NCBI RefSeq assembly: GCF_006345805.1
Contig: NC_043010.1
Location: 12,028,001 to 12,092,000 of the forward strand
Reading direction: 5' to 3'
Length of the DNA: 64,000 nt
Origin: Octopus sinensis
Lineage: Eukaryota
Position 1 is the stretch's first letter. Every line of letters starts with the position of its first letter. Made by a program: the position numbers and the translations under genes. The notes beneath the pieces are model-generated. The model worked only from the letters and a program-made list of their open reading frames with translations, was not told the DNA's origin and searched no databases. Shown here one piece after another: positions 13,141 through 28,290 of the stretch.

Positions 13141-13337
13141 TTTGTGCTCTGTGTTTTTTGATATCCTCATAACATTAGTGGTTCGGCAAAAGAGACCGAT
13201 AGAATAATTACAAAACTTAAAATAAGTTCCGGTGTTTCTTTGTTCAACCAAAAAAACCCTTCAAGGCAGTGCCCCAGCATGGCCACCATCCAATGACTGA
13301 AACAAGTAAAATGATAAAAGATAAAAGCAAGATAATA

Positions 13338-14600
<1,263 letters not shown>

Positions 14601-14645
14601 ATACAAATGTGTATGTGTGTGTGTGTGTGAGTATGTGTGTGCATA

Positions 14646-14980
14646 TACTCTTTTACTTGTTTCAGTCATTTGACTGCAGCCATGCTGGAGCACCGCCTTT
14701 AGTCGAGGAAATCGACCCCAGGACTTATTCTTTGTAAAGCCTAGTACTTATTCTATCGGTCTTTTTTCCAAACCGCTAAGTTACAGGGACGTAAACACAC
14801 TAGCATCGGTTGTCAAGCGATGTTGGGTGGGGGAACATAAACACAGACACACAAACACACACACACACATATATATACCTATACATATATACAATGGGCT
14901 TCTTTCAGCTTCCATCTACCTAATCCACTCACAAGGCTTTGGTCAGCCCGAGGCTATAGTAGAAGACACTTGCCCAAGGT
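14646..14980 (-). mobile_element. SINE family A, 5'-truncated
   Basis: Matches the 3' two-thirds of the 15496 copy. Confidence 0.85.
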
Positions 14981-15076
14981 CATATATATATATATATATG
15001 ACTTACACAATATTAACACACACATACACACACACATATATATATATGTATATAATATATGTATATCTATATATGT

Positions 15077-15322
15077 GGAGGCACGTGGCTTATTGGTTAG
15101 GGTGTCAGCATCATGATCGTAAGATTGTGGTTTCGATTCCTGGACCGGGCGATGCGTTGTGTTCTTGAGCAAAACACTTCATTTCACATTGCTCCCATTA
15201 ACTCAGCTGGCAAAAATGAGTAACACTGTGATGGACTGGCGTCCCGTCCAGCTGGGGAACACATACGCCATTGAAACCGGAACACTGGGCCCATGAGCAT
15301 GGCTAGGCTTTTAAAGGGTGCA
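15077..15322 (+). mobile_element. SINE with B-like tRNA head and GATGGACTGGCGTCCCGTCCAG central domain (Meta/V-domain-like)
   Basis: A/B boxes present. Relatives at 28624-28855 (+) and 42472-42708 (-). The domain name is from memory and unverified. Confidence 0.7.
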
Positions 15323-15495
15323 TTTATTATTTTATTATATCCATAAATATGTATATGTATATAGCTTACTGTTCTGTTAAGGAAAGATCAACAAAATTAC
15401 TCTATCCAGTGAGAGATAAATATCATTTAATAAACACAGTTTATTAGTAGCTTGTATCTTTATACAATGTACTTTAAATGACATATATATACATA

Positions 15496-15666
15496 GGCGC
15501 AGGAGTGGCTGTGTGGTAAGTAGCTTGCTAACCAACCACATGGTTCCGGATTCAGTCCCACTGCGTGGCATCTTGGGCAAGTGTCTTCTGCTATAGCCCC
15601 GGGCCGACCAATGCCTTGTGAGTCGATTTGGTAGACGGAAACTGAAAGAAGCCTGTCGTATATATG

Positions 15667-15697
<31 letters not shown>

Positions 15698-15906
15698 TTG
15701 TGTGTCTGTGTTTGTCCCCCTAGCATTGCTTGATAACCGATGCTGGTGTGTTTATGTCCCCGTCAATTAGCGGTTCTGCAAAAGAGACCGATAGAATAAG
15801 TACTGGGCTTACAAAGATTAAGTCCCGGGGTCGATTTGCTCGACTAAAGGCGGTGCTCCAGCACGGCCGCAGTCAAATGACTGAAACAAGTAAAAGAGTA
15901 AAAGAG
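15496..15906 (+). mobile_element. SINE family A, full length (tRNA head, internal (TA)/(TG) microsatellite, (GTAAAAGA)n tail)
   Basis: A-box TGGCTGTGTGG, B-box GGATTCAGTCC. More than 15 copies in the window. Confidence 0.9.
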
Positions 15907-16274
15907 TATATATGTATTAATTTATAAAAATCAATATAAACAGCATTGCACAATGTGTTATCGAAATGGAAAACTACAAATGTCACTGAATGTGACTGAG
16001 GGTGTTAGAACATTGCCAGAAGAAACAGCTAAAATTCCCTCAAGCTGTAGTTAAAGCACATAATTGCATACATATATATATCCTGAGAGGGTCTGTAATC
16101 ACCCAAATACCGATCAAGAATTCTTTATACAAATCAATCAGTTTTGACTATTTCCATGGTGTTGTCAGTAAAGACTGCTCGCTTGGCTGATTCTGGGCAT
16201 AATTTTCTCTCAACATATAAGTATTCGCCATAAAAATTTATGGATGATTTAGCAAATTGCTAATATATATACTT

Positions 16275-16636
16275 TATTTTACTTGTTTCAGTTGTTATTC
16301 TATGGCCATGCTGGAGTACTGCATTGAAAGGTTTAGTCAAACAAATCAACCCCAGTCCTCAATATTTTTTATAAGCCTGCTACTTCTTATTCTAACAGTA
16401 TCATTTGCTGAATTGCTAAGTTACAAGGACATACACAAACCAACATTTGTTGTGAAGATACATGTACACACACACACATACGCATATTTACAAGGAGCTT
16501 CCACACAGTTTCCATTCCATTCCATCAACCAAATTCACTCACAAGGTATTAATCAGCCTGCAGCTATAGTAGACGAGACTTGCCCAAGATGCCACGCACT
16601 GGAAATGAACTTGAAACCAAACCACACAGCCATGCC
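16275..16636 (-). mobile_element. SINE family A, diverged
   Basis: Degenerate match to the family A body. Confidence 0.7.
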
Positions 16637-16850
16637 TGCAGCCATTCAAGCATTTGGACCTGGAGATCTCCATTTCCAGCGACTTCGAGGGCCACCTCCC
16701 AGTGGTGTCGGGTGTCAACGAAGAGCCCTCGACTACAACAAGACGACCAAAGTTTTTTCTTTTTCCAAGGTCTAGGGTCTTCCGTTCCTAAGCCCTAGAC
16801 CATCACCTAATCACCCTTACACGTCTTGTTGCTTAACAACAACAACAACA
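16637..16850 (+). mobile_element. 5'-truncated retroposon 3' end with (AAC)n tail and 11-bp TSD
   Basis: ACAGCCATGCC at 16626-16636 and 16851-16861. GC-rich body. Family not recognised. Confidence 0.7.
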
Positions 16851-16863
16851 ACAGCCATGCCAG

Positions 16864-17327
16864 CACTATCATTATCATCATCATCATCGCCATCATCATC
16901 GTCATCATCATCCTCATCATCATCATCATTGTCATCATCATCATCATCGCCATCATCATCATCGTCATCATCACTGTCATCATCATCCTCGTCATCATCA
17001 TCATCGTCATCATCGTCATCATCCTCATCATTGTCATCATGATCCTTGTCATCATCATCATTGTCATCATCATCATCGTCATCATCATCCTCGTCATCAT
17101 CATCATTGTCATCATCATCATCATCATCATCATTGTCATCATTATCATTGCCATCATCATCATCGTCATCATCATCATCGTCATCATCGTCGTCATCATC
17201 ATCATCATCATCATCATCATTGTCATCATCATCATCGCGATCATCCTCATCATCATCAGCCTCGTCATCATCATCATTGTCATCATCATCATCGCCATCA
17301 TCATCATTGTCATCATCATCATCATCA
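16864..17327. repeat. (CAT/CGT)n trinucleotide array
   Basis: Direct reading. Confidence 0.95.
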
Positions 17328-17899
17328 TTGACAGCAGAATTATCTTCATCCGCAGCAGTATTATTTTAATGTTCCTTTTTCTCTGCCTGCATGGGTCAGA
17401 CGAGATTTGTTGAGGCAGGATCTTCTACAACTGGCTGCCCTTCTTCTCTCCAAGCCTTACTGGTTTTCAAAGCTTGCTAATATTTTTCCTAGTCCTTCAA
17501 ACAATAAACAGCTCAACACAGTTTTCACCGAAGACTATGAATGAAAGATGCTATTTGTCTGAACAGCAGGAAGGGTAGGATAACGATGATGATGATGATG
17601 ACGATGACAGTAAGAACACCAGAACCAGTGATTGTGATTCCATTCTTTCGAAAATTTTTGTGACCATTTATATTTAGCTTCAAAACGCTAGAATTCATAA
17701 TTCCACGAATGCATTTGTTTATTTTTCATTCCATTTTTACCAAAGATGCAAGAACATATATATTTATGAAACAATGCCTTAAGTTTTATAAGCATAAAGA
17801 AAAAAAAATATAGCATGGAAAAAAATATTCACCAGAAACATTTTTTGAAAGACAAAAGCAAAACTAATTGACCTTTGGGATTAACCTCAAGGCAAATTA

Positions 17900-18939
<1,040 letters not shown>

Positions 18940-19579
18940 CATTTATTTCTGGTATGATTGAAATATAATTTAATTGACGTGTATTAATTGTTGTTATTGC
19001 TGTAATTTATTTCCGATGCCATGTAACTTGAGGTGCAATCCACTCTCATCTCTTTTTTTGTATAACAGGAACAATAAATTGAATTTCAAGCACACTCAGC
19101 TCTGTTTGTATACAGCGTCAATAAATTGAATAAGTGAAATTAAATTAAAACAAATACATTATTTATAAAATGTCCTTACTACAGGGGTTAATTGAACATG
19201 CACATAAGAATTTAAGTCGGCAAATATACCAAGAGATACGTATATTGAAATGAATGCAAACACACATATCAGTGCTACATGTGTGTATGCACGTGTATGC
19301 ATGTATATGTATGTGCTTATAAGAGTACATATGTATTTTTGTGCATGTATGCATATGTTTGTATGTATGTGTGTGTGTGTGTGCATGCATATATATGTAG
19401 ATATGTGTGCATAGCTGTGTTTGTACTACACATGAACATGATATATGTATGCACATACACATCAGCTTCTGTGTATGGGATTAGATTTGTTTGTAAAGAT
19501 ATGTCAGTAGGTGTATAAACAGAATATACACCAATATGTGAATTTGTGCATTTATATCTGTGTTTCTACACATACTCTC

Positions 19580-19790
19580 TCTTTACTCTTTTACTTGTTT
19601 CAGTCATTTGACTGTGGCCATGCTGGAGCACCACCTTTAGTCGAGCAAATCGACCCCGGGGCTTATTCTATGGAAGCCCAGTACTTATTCTATCAGTTCT
19701 TTTTCCCGAACCGCTAAGTGACGGGGACGTAAACACACCAGCATCGGTTGTCAAGCAATGGTGGGGGGACAAACATATACACACACTTAC

Positions 19791-19823
<33 letters not shown>

Positions 19824-19977
19824 TACGACAGGCTTTTTTCAGTTTCCGTCTACAAATCCACTCACAAGGCATTGGTCGGCCCGAGGCTATAGCAGAAGAC
19901 ACTTGCCCAAGATGCCATGCAGTGAGACTGAACCCGGAACCAGGTGGTTGGTAAGCAAGCTACTTACCACACAGCCA
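19580..19977 (-). mobile_element. SINE family A
   Basis: Near full-length reverse copy. Confidence 0.9.
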
Positions 19978-20591
19978 TATGCATGTTTCTGTATATTTTT
20001 GTATATACATTGCCTGTGTGAATGTATACATGTTACCGTATGTTTGTGTGTGCATACACTCATGCCATACATACCAAATGAACTATATACACATGCATGT
20101 ATACATACGTATATACCATAGATACTATAGATGCATGCATGCATGCATACCATTTATCTGTCAGTCTGCCCATACACACATGCATTCCTTCAAAAAAGTA
20201 AACATACATGCATACATACAAGTATACACACAAACATACATACATATATTCTTACATGCTACAATGCATAAATGCATACATACAAAGATGCAAGCATTCA
20301 GCCAGTCAGTAAGTTATCCATCGATCCATCCATCCATCCATCCATCCATCCATACATACATACATACACTCACATACATACATACATACATGCTTGCATA
20401 CTTAGTTATATGATACTACATATAAATAAAAAAAAAACTACTATTCAACAAAATTTTGAAGGTAAACATCAGTAAAAGACTGCAGGAATTTAATTGTAGA
20501 ATAGCTAGAATACCAGAAAGCTTGTGATAGTAAACTCTAGGAGCGGATTATCAATATATAATATAATATATAATATAATATATACAATTAA

Positions 20592-21297
20592 CCCTTACGT
20601 TACCGCATGTATTTTGAGATACTCTGTGTTTCTTTCAATTAATTTTAAATATAACAAAGAATTTAGTAAAGTAACTTAGTTATCATTAAGCTGGTGTTAG
20701 GAAAATAAATTGTGACTAAGGTTTGGGCAGAAGATTTTAATTCAGAACTTTTGGAAACAAGACATTTGTACTAAAGATCCAGAGGCGGTTTCAGCCAGGT
20801 TGGTATCAAAAGGGTTATGATGACTTTAACCTCTTTGTTCCATATTTCTGTTGAGATGTTCTGTGTTTCCTTCAATTAATTTTAAATATAACAGAGAATT
20901 TAGTAAAATAACTTAGTTATCATTAAGCTGGTGTTAGGAACATAAATTGGGACAAAGGTTTGGTGAAAGATTTTAATTCAAACTTATGAAAACAAGACAT
21001 TTGTACTACAGAGCCAGAGCCGGTTTCAGCCAGGTTGGTATCAAAAGGGTTAAAAAAAAATATTATGGTGACTTTAACCTTTTTGTTCCATATTTCTGTT
21101 GAAATGTTCTGTGTTTCTTTCAATTACTTTTAAATATAACAGAGAATTTAGTAAAATAACTTAGTTATCATTAAGCTGGTGTTAGGAACATAAATTGGGA
21201 CAAAGGTTTGGTGAAAGATTTTAATTCAAACTTATGAAAACAAGACATTTTTACTACAGAGCCAGAGGCAGTTTCAGCTGGGTTGGTATCAAAAGGA
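20592..21297. mobile_element. Three tandem copies of TTAA-flanked MITE E2 (20592-20814, 20830-21049, 21078-21297)
   Basis: Each is ~220 bp, TTAACC...AAAGG(G/A)T. Copies 2 and 3 are nearly identical. Confidence 0.85.
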
Positions 21298-21569
21298 TCA
21301 ATCAAAGTTCTTGTAGCCTCTGGTAGCTGTAATTTAATCCCTGGCCAAAACTTGGTACACCACATTATTTTCCAAAGGTTTAACAAACAAGTTATATCTG
21401 TTACCATATATTACCAAAAGGGAGCTCTACAGGGTAGCAGTTTGTCAGGTTTGCTGTTTGTTTTGAAATTCATTCTCATTACCAACTTACAAAATAGGGG
21501 GTTTATGCAAATGAATACCTGAATCCAGAAACAATGCATACATTTTTTGTAAAGGTGCTGGAGTTGTAT

Positions 21570-21662
21570 GAGATGATGATGATGATGATGCTGATGATGA
21601 CGATGACAATGACGACAACGATGATGATGATGACAATTATGACCATTATGGCAACAATGATA

Positions 21663-21699
<37 letters not shown>

Positions 21700-21983
21700 C
21701 GATGATGACGATGATGGGTGATGGTGATCATGGTGGTGGTAGGGGTGATGGTATTGGCGTTGGTGATGGTGGTGCTGGTGTTGGTGGTGGAGGTGGTGGT
21801 GATGAATGATATATGTATATGACAGGCCTGTAAATCACAAGCAATCAAGTTGTGATCAGCTAGTCTTTAATTTCCAATGTATCAAGGATATTGTATTGAT
21901 ACAATGATGATGATGATGGTGGTGATGGTGGTAGTGGTGGTGGTGGTGATTTCGGTGGCGGCGGCGGTGGTGATGGTAGTGGC

Positions 21984-22015
<32 letters not shown>

Positions 22016-22424
22016 CGGTGGTGGTGGCGGCGGCGGCAGCGGTGGTGGTGATGGTAGTGGTGGTGATGATGATGATGATATGATGATGATGATGATGATG
22101 AGATGATGATGATGAATGATGATGATGATGATGATGATTGATGATGATGATGATGATGAGATGATGATGATGATGTGGTGGTGGTGGTGATGGTAGTGGC
22201 GATGATGATGATGATGTGGTGGTGGTGGTGGTGGTGGTGGTGGTGATGAATGATATATGTATATGACAGGCCTGTAAATCACAAGCAATCAAGTTGTGAT
22301 CAGCTAGTCTTTAATTTCCAATGTATCAAGGATATTGTATTGATACAATGATGATGATGGTGGTGATGGTGGTAGTGGTGGTGGTGGTGATTTCGGTGGC
22401 GGCGGCGGTGGTGATGGTAGTGGC

Positions 22425-22456
<32 letters not shown>

Positions 22457-22504
22457 CGGTGGTGGTGGCGGCGGCGGCAGCGGTGGTGGTGATGGTAGTG
22501 GTGG

Positions 22505-22558
<54 letters not shown>

Positions 22559-22857
22559 CGGTGGTGGCGGCGGCAGCAGCGGTGGTGGTGATGGTAGTGG
22601 TGGTGATGATGATGATGATGATGATGTGGTGGTGGTGGTGGTGGTGGTGGTGGTGGTGGTGATGATGATGATGATGATGATGAGGATGACGATGGTGGTG
22701 GTGGTGGTGGTGGTGGTGATGATGATGATGATGATGAATGATGATGACGATGGTGGTGGTGGTGGTAGTGGTGGTGGTTGTGACAGTGGTGGCAGCTGCG
22801 GCGGTGGCGGCGGTGGTGGTGGTGGTGATGGTAGTGGTGATGATGATGATGATGATA
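21570..22857. repeat. (GAT)/(GGT)/(GGC) trinucleotide complex containing a 444-bp tandem duplication
   Basis: Identical ~100-bp unique cores at 21804-21905 and 22248-22349. Confidence 0.9.
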
Positions 22858-23346
22858 CATATACACACACACACATATATATGTATGTATATATATATTA
22901 TTAACCACATTAAAAAGCAACTGGATCTCATTAGCCAATATGTCACTGAATATTGAGTAATGAAATTTAGTTTGGAATGAAATTTAGTCAGTCCAGACAT
23001 AAAAAAAAACATTTATGCAGACAGTCACGCATGCATACATACATTACATACAGATATACATACCAGGAAAGAAGCACCCTGCATACCACGAAAAGGTTAT
23101 GCATGGGTGTGTTTCCCATAAACATGAGAAGGAGGATTATTTAAAATTAAGACATGGGTGAATGAATAGCCCAGAAAACAAATGATAAATAAATAAGATT
23201 GCTATAAAGGAGAGGGTGAATTGATGGCAAGCGGGGAAGAAAGGGGTAAAACAGAGGAGAAAACAAGAGGAAAAAGAAAAGGAAAAGAAGCGATTGTAGT
23301 TAAGTTAAAGATATTATTAGTTACAAATAACAATTTTTACCATATA

Positions 23347-23763
23347 GGCGCAGGAGTAGCTGTGTGGTAAGTAGCTTGCTAACCAACCGCATGGTTCCGG
23401 GTTCAGTCCCACTGCGTGGCATCTTGGGCAAGTGTCTTCTGCTATAGCCCCAGGCCGACTAATGCCTTGTGAGTGGATTTGGTAGACGGAAACTGAAAGA
23501 AGCCCGTCGTATATATATGTATATATGTATATATATGTGTGTGTCTTTGTGTGTCTGTGTTTGTCCCTCTAGCATTGCTTGACAACCGATGCTGGTGTGT
23601 TTACGTCCCCGTCAATTAGCGGTTCGGCAAAAGAGACCGATAGAATAAGTACTGGGCTTACAATGAATAAGTCCCGGGGTCGAGTTGCTCGATTAAAGGC
23701 GGTGCTCCAGCATGGCCGCAGTCAAATGACTGAAACAAGTAAAAGAGTAAAAGAGTAAAAGAG
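23347..23763 (+). mobile_element. SINE family A, full length
   Basis: As the 15496 copy. Confidence 0.9.
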
Positions 23764-23791
23764 AGAGTATGGATAAATATACTATACATAG

Positions 23792-24008
23792 GAGACTGCT
23801 AGGTAGTCGGCCGTATGCTAGAAATAGATCACCAACGATGAAACTACAAAGAATGTTCTCTAGAGGAAAATTCAGTGAACACCAGAACAATTAGAACAAT
23901 TCATCTGTCTTGTTCTGGTGCTTGCTGAATTTTCCTCTAGAGAACATTCTTTATAGTTTGATCGTTGGTGATCTATTTCTAGCATACGGCCGACTACCTA
24001 GCGGTCTT
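23792..24008. repeat. Hairpin, ~98-bp arms, ~19-nt loop
   Basis: CTAGGTAGTCGGCCGTATGCTAGAAATAGATCACCAACGAT... and its reverse complement. Confidence 0.9.
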
Positions 24009-24128
24009 GCCCTTTGAATATACACATGTATTAGAATTTTTCTCTGATTTTTCAGATTTTTGTATGCTAGGCTACTGGTTTTAAATTAATATTAATTTAT
24101 CTCCCTCATTAATTAAATGTGGTGGAAG

Positions 24129-24497
24129 CACTCCGTCGGTTACGACGACGGGGGTTCTGGTTGATCCGATCAATGGAACAGCCTGCTCGTGAAATTAACA
24201 TGTAAGTGGCTGAGCACTCCACAGACACGTGTACCCTTAACGTAGTTCTCGGGGATATTCAGCGTGACACAGAGAGCGATAAGGCCGGCCCTTTGAAATA
24301 CAGGTACAACAGAAACAGGAAGTAAGAGTGAGAGAAAGTTGTGGTGAAAGAGTACAGCAGGGATCACCACCATCCCCTGCTGGAGCCTCCTCGAGCTTTT
24401 AGGTGTTTTCGCTCAATAAACACTCACAACGCCCGGTCTGGGAATCGAAGCCACGATCCTACGACTGCGAGTCTGCTGCCCTAACCATTGCGCCTCC
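24129..24497 (-). mobile_element. SINE family B, tail type i
   Basis: Reverse complement of the 5081-5458 family. Confidence 0.85.
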
Positions 24498-24750
24498 CAT
24501 TATTTAAATATTATACATAGGAGAGGTAGAAATGATTAGAAAGCATGTATTAGACAGGGAAACTGGATAGATGGGTACAAAAGTGGCAAAAGCAACACAG
24601 AAAAATATTTTGGTTGAAATATAATGGACAAAATCCAGTTTTTAAATAGTAAAGGCATGGAAAAAAACATACTTAGGAATGTGTAACACAAAAATTCCAT
24701 CCAATTAATTCAAGGTAGGAGTGATAATTTTTAAAAAGTGAGAAATTATT

Positions 24751-25087
24751 GGCTGTGTGGTAAGTAGCTTGCTAACCAGCCACATGGTTCCGGGTTCAGT
24801 CCCACTGCGTGGCATCTTGGGCAAGTGTCTTCTGCTATAGCCCCAGGCCGACCAATGCCTTGTGAGTGGATTTGGTAGACGGAAACTGAAAGAAGCCTGT
24901 CGTATATATGTATATATATATGTATATATGTGTATGTGTGTGTGTTTGTGTGTGTGTGTTTGTCCCCCTAGCATTGCTTGACAACTGATGCTGGTGTGTT
25001 TACGTCCCCGTCACTTAGCGGTTTGGCAAAAGAGACCAATAGAATAAGTACTGAGCTTACTAAAGGCGGTGCTCCAGCATGGCCACA
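24751..25087 (+). mobile_element. SINE family A with internal deletion in the 3' part
   Basis: Family A match. Confidence 0.85.
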
Positions 25088-25341
25088 GAAGAAATACGAC
25101 TAGGCATTTCGCCCGGCGTGCTAATGGTTCTGCCAGCTCACCGTAGCACTGCTCTACCAGTGGAGTTCATCAGGAGGCCAGGTTCAGGAGGTCAGAGTTC
25201 AAAAGGTTAATGTTCTCAACCAGCTAATGACGGACTTGCTGCTGTCCCATAAGGGGAGTTCTATAACACTTCTAATCCTTTGGCGTGCAGTTGTTGAAAA
25301 TTTAGAGAGAATCTAAAAGGCGAATTAAATCTATTTCAGTC

Positions 25342-25564
25342 TTACTCTTTTACTCTTTACTCTTTTACTTGTTTCAGTCATTTGACTGTGGCCATGCTGG
25401 AGCACTGGTTTTGGTCGAGCAAATCGACCTCAGGACTTATTCTTTGTAAGCCTAATACTTACTCTATCGGTCTTTTTTGCCGAACCGCTAAGTTACAGGG
25501 ACGTAAACACACCAGCATCGGTTGTCAAGCGATGTTGGGGGGACAAACAGACACACAAACATAT

Positions 25565-25606
<42 letters not shown>

Positions 25607-25729
25607 GTTTGTGTGTGTGTGTATTTATATATATATATATATATTATATTGTGTGAAAGTTGATTTAGTATTTCTGAATTGAATTTTTCCTTGTAAGTTA
25701 GGATTAATATTCCCTCAAATGATTATTAT

Positions 25730-25760
<31 letters not shown>

Positions 25761-25883
25761 GCGACAGGGTTCTTTCAGTTTTCCGAGGCTATAATAGAAA
25801 ACACTTGCCCAAGGTGCCACGCAGTGGGACTGAACCCAGAACCATGTGGTTCATAGGCAAGCTACTTACCACACAGCCACTCC
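25342..25883 (-). mobile_element. SINE family A (interrupted)
   Basis: 3' half at 25342-25560, head at 25765-25883. Confidence 0.8.
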
Positions 25884-26351
25884 TTTGCCTAGAGCCAGGT
25901 TTATAAACTTACATTTAAAGTTCCTCTTAAAAGTAACTTTGTAGTACTTAGGGGTAATAAAAGGTTAGCTTAGGGAAAAATAATTTGCTCTCTCACTAAC
26001 ATTTAAGCTTGTAGCAAACTTTTTGCTTTTAAATTCACCTAATTTTGTTGAATTTGGTCTGCCTTCTTATAAGTATCAGTTGCACTATTAGTGAAGAATG
26101 GGGACCAAAATTTCTTCATGGAAATATTGAGATAATAAAAGTATTGTAATCATTATCATCATCATCAACTTCATCATCGTCATCGTCATCATCATCATCA
26201 TCATCATCATCCTCATCATCATTGTCAACACTGTTGCCATCATCATTACCATCACCACCACCACCACCACACCACCAATATTACAAGGAATGTTTTATGA
26301 TGTTCTAAGAATTCTGTCAATTAATGGCCGTTTATGACAATCGTCATCATT

Positions 26352-26391
<40 letters not shown>

Positions 26392-27331
26392 ACATCATTA
26401 TCATCATCATTGTTGTCGTCATCGTCCCCACCACTACCACCACCACCACCACCTTCATTATCATCATCAACACCATTATCATCATTACACGTCCATACCT
26501 AAAGAGTTTCTACCTCCCTTGCACATTAACCATTAACATTTCACCCCTCAGCTCATCAGTACCCCCGTCACTCATTCCCATTAACATTACTCGTCCAGCA
26601 GAACATGCTCACCATGCGAAATTTGCAGGAATGAAAAACAATGAAGAACTTTTTTTTTAAACAAACACACTCAAGCATGTATGGAAAAAAAACTGTTTCA
26701 CTGATGAAGATAAATGCTAACACTATATGCATTAAATTCCTATTGTTATTATCAACAACAACAACAACAACAAAAAAAAAAGACGAAGAAGAAGAAGAAA
26801 ATTACCATTTGACATAGATCTAGAAATAATTAAATAGATAATTATTCTGCACTGACAAAGCCACCACCCATGTTGACTATTGTGAGAAGTTTAGTGTAGT
26901 TGCTCGACCTCAACAGTTTAGTTATCGAAACTCTTTAGCATTTCTAAAGCAGGGACCACGTTTTAAGAATCCTATATTACGTGACTGCATGCAGACATGA
27001 AAAAGTGTATGATAAACGGCTGCAATAAAAAAAAAAAAAAAAAAAGTAAGTTCAGAGAATCTTGGTGAATAAGTCAAATAACTGTTTGTAACAAAGGCTC
27101 GGCGGGGCCAGAAATTTGCGAGGAAGAAATTAGTTGATTATAGTGATATACCAGTGCTTGCCTAGTTCTGTATTTCCTCAACTGCAGAGGGACGAAAGAT
27201 GAAGGTTTGAACTTAGTGAGATTTAACCTCAAAATGAAAAAGAGAGCTGCAAAAAAATATTACAAGGAATTTTTTATGATGATCAAAGAATTCTGTCAAT
27301 TTATTGCCATTTATGAATTGTCAGATGACAA

Positions 27332-27657
27332 TAAGTTAAGTTAAGTTAAGTTAATTTTTTGGCTCAAAAAGCAAAAAGCAAGGCCATGTAGGGGGCCATG
27401 GAGTTATGTACAGGGAGGGTGTTCATGCAAAGAGTTCAGGCCATTTCTGGTCAAGAGAGACTTTGAACCGAGCGGTCGTCGGCATCTTCACTATCTCGTC
27501 CGGCAGCTTATTCCACGGATCCGCAACCCCAGATGGAGAAAGCCCCTCTCCTTCGATTGAGATGAAATCGTCAGAGATAGAGCTTTTCGGAGTGACCCCG
27601 CAGCCGACGCTCTGGAGCAGGAGTGAAGAACAGCTCTTTCGAGAGGTTACATTTTCC
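27332..27657 (-). mobile_element. 5'-truncated CR1/L2-type LINE 3' end with (TAACT)n tail
   Basis: LSKELFFTPAPERRLRGHSEKLYL*RFHLNRRRGAFS..VADPWNKLPDEIVKMPTTARFKVSLDQKWPELFA*. CpGs retained. Candidate TSD GATGACAAT at 27324 and 27676. Confidence 0.88.
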
Positions 27658-28075
27658 GCTTATGATAATTATAATGATGACAATCGTCATCATTATTATT
27701 ATCATCATCATCATCATCACTATCGTCGTCGTCATCACTACCACCACCACCACCATTTTCATCATCATCATCATCATCATTTAACTTTCACTTATCCACG
27801 CTCACATTGGTCACATGGAATTCGTTGAGGCAGAATTTGTACGGCTGAACACCCTTTCTGTTGCCAACCCATACCTGTTTCCAAACAAGGTAAATATTCC
27901 CCCATGGCCAAACATGTTCTTTCCATTGCAGACTAGCAATGAGTATCATCATTTGTATGATTGTGATGCTCATTTTACAACCATCATGTGATGTCAAGAC
28001 AAGGGTACACTCACACACACACACACACCACACACACACACACACTCTTATATACATATACATATACATATATAT

Positions 28076-28290
28076 AACGGGAAGGTTTACGAAAATAAAC
28101 AAAAGATGAAGGCAGGTGGAGTACAAACAAACAAATGTATTAGTATGGCGCTCAGGAATAGAAATAGAACAAATCTTTTACATTTCGAGCCTACGCTCTT
28201 CAACAGAAAGATACACATAAAAAAAAACAAGGAGAGAAACAAAGAGAGAAAAAAAATTGCGTGTAGGAGCTAACGATCTATCATGGCGTT
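28076..28290 (-). mobile_element. PLE pLTR-like element with hammerhead motif
   Basis: T-rich 3' end abuts (TA)n. Hammerhead layout at 28174-28211. Confidence 0.65.
28174..28211 (-). ncRNA. Candidate minimal type I hammerhead ribozyme (A6U variant)
   Basis: UCUUU-CUGUUGA-A-GAGC(GUAG)GCUC-GAAA-UGUA-AAAGA. 5-bp helix I, 4-bp helix II, GUA triplet. Confidence 0.6.

Noticed and set aside
15496-15570. tRNA gene-like A/B boxes (also 5081, 60637)
   Set aside because: They are SINE heads followed by family bodies, with no complete cloverleaf.
16807-17413. 180-195 aa poly-Met/Ile/Ser ORFs
   Set aside because: Translations of a (CAT)n array, open in several frames on both strands.
21411-23012. His/Pro/Thr/Ser-rich ORFs up to 228 aa
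   Set aside because: Products of trinucleotide repeats; no splice or domain evidence.
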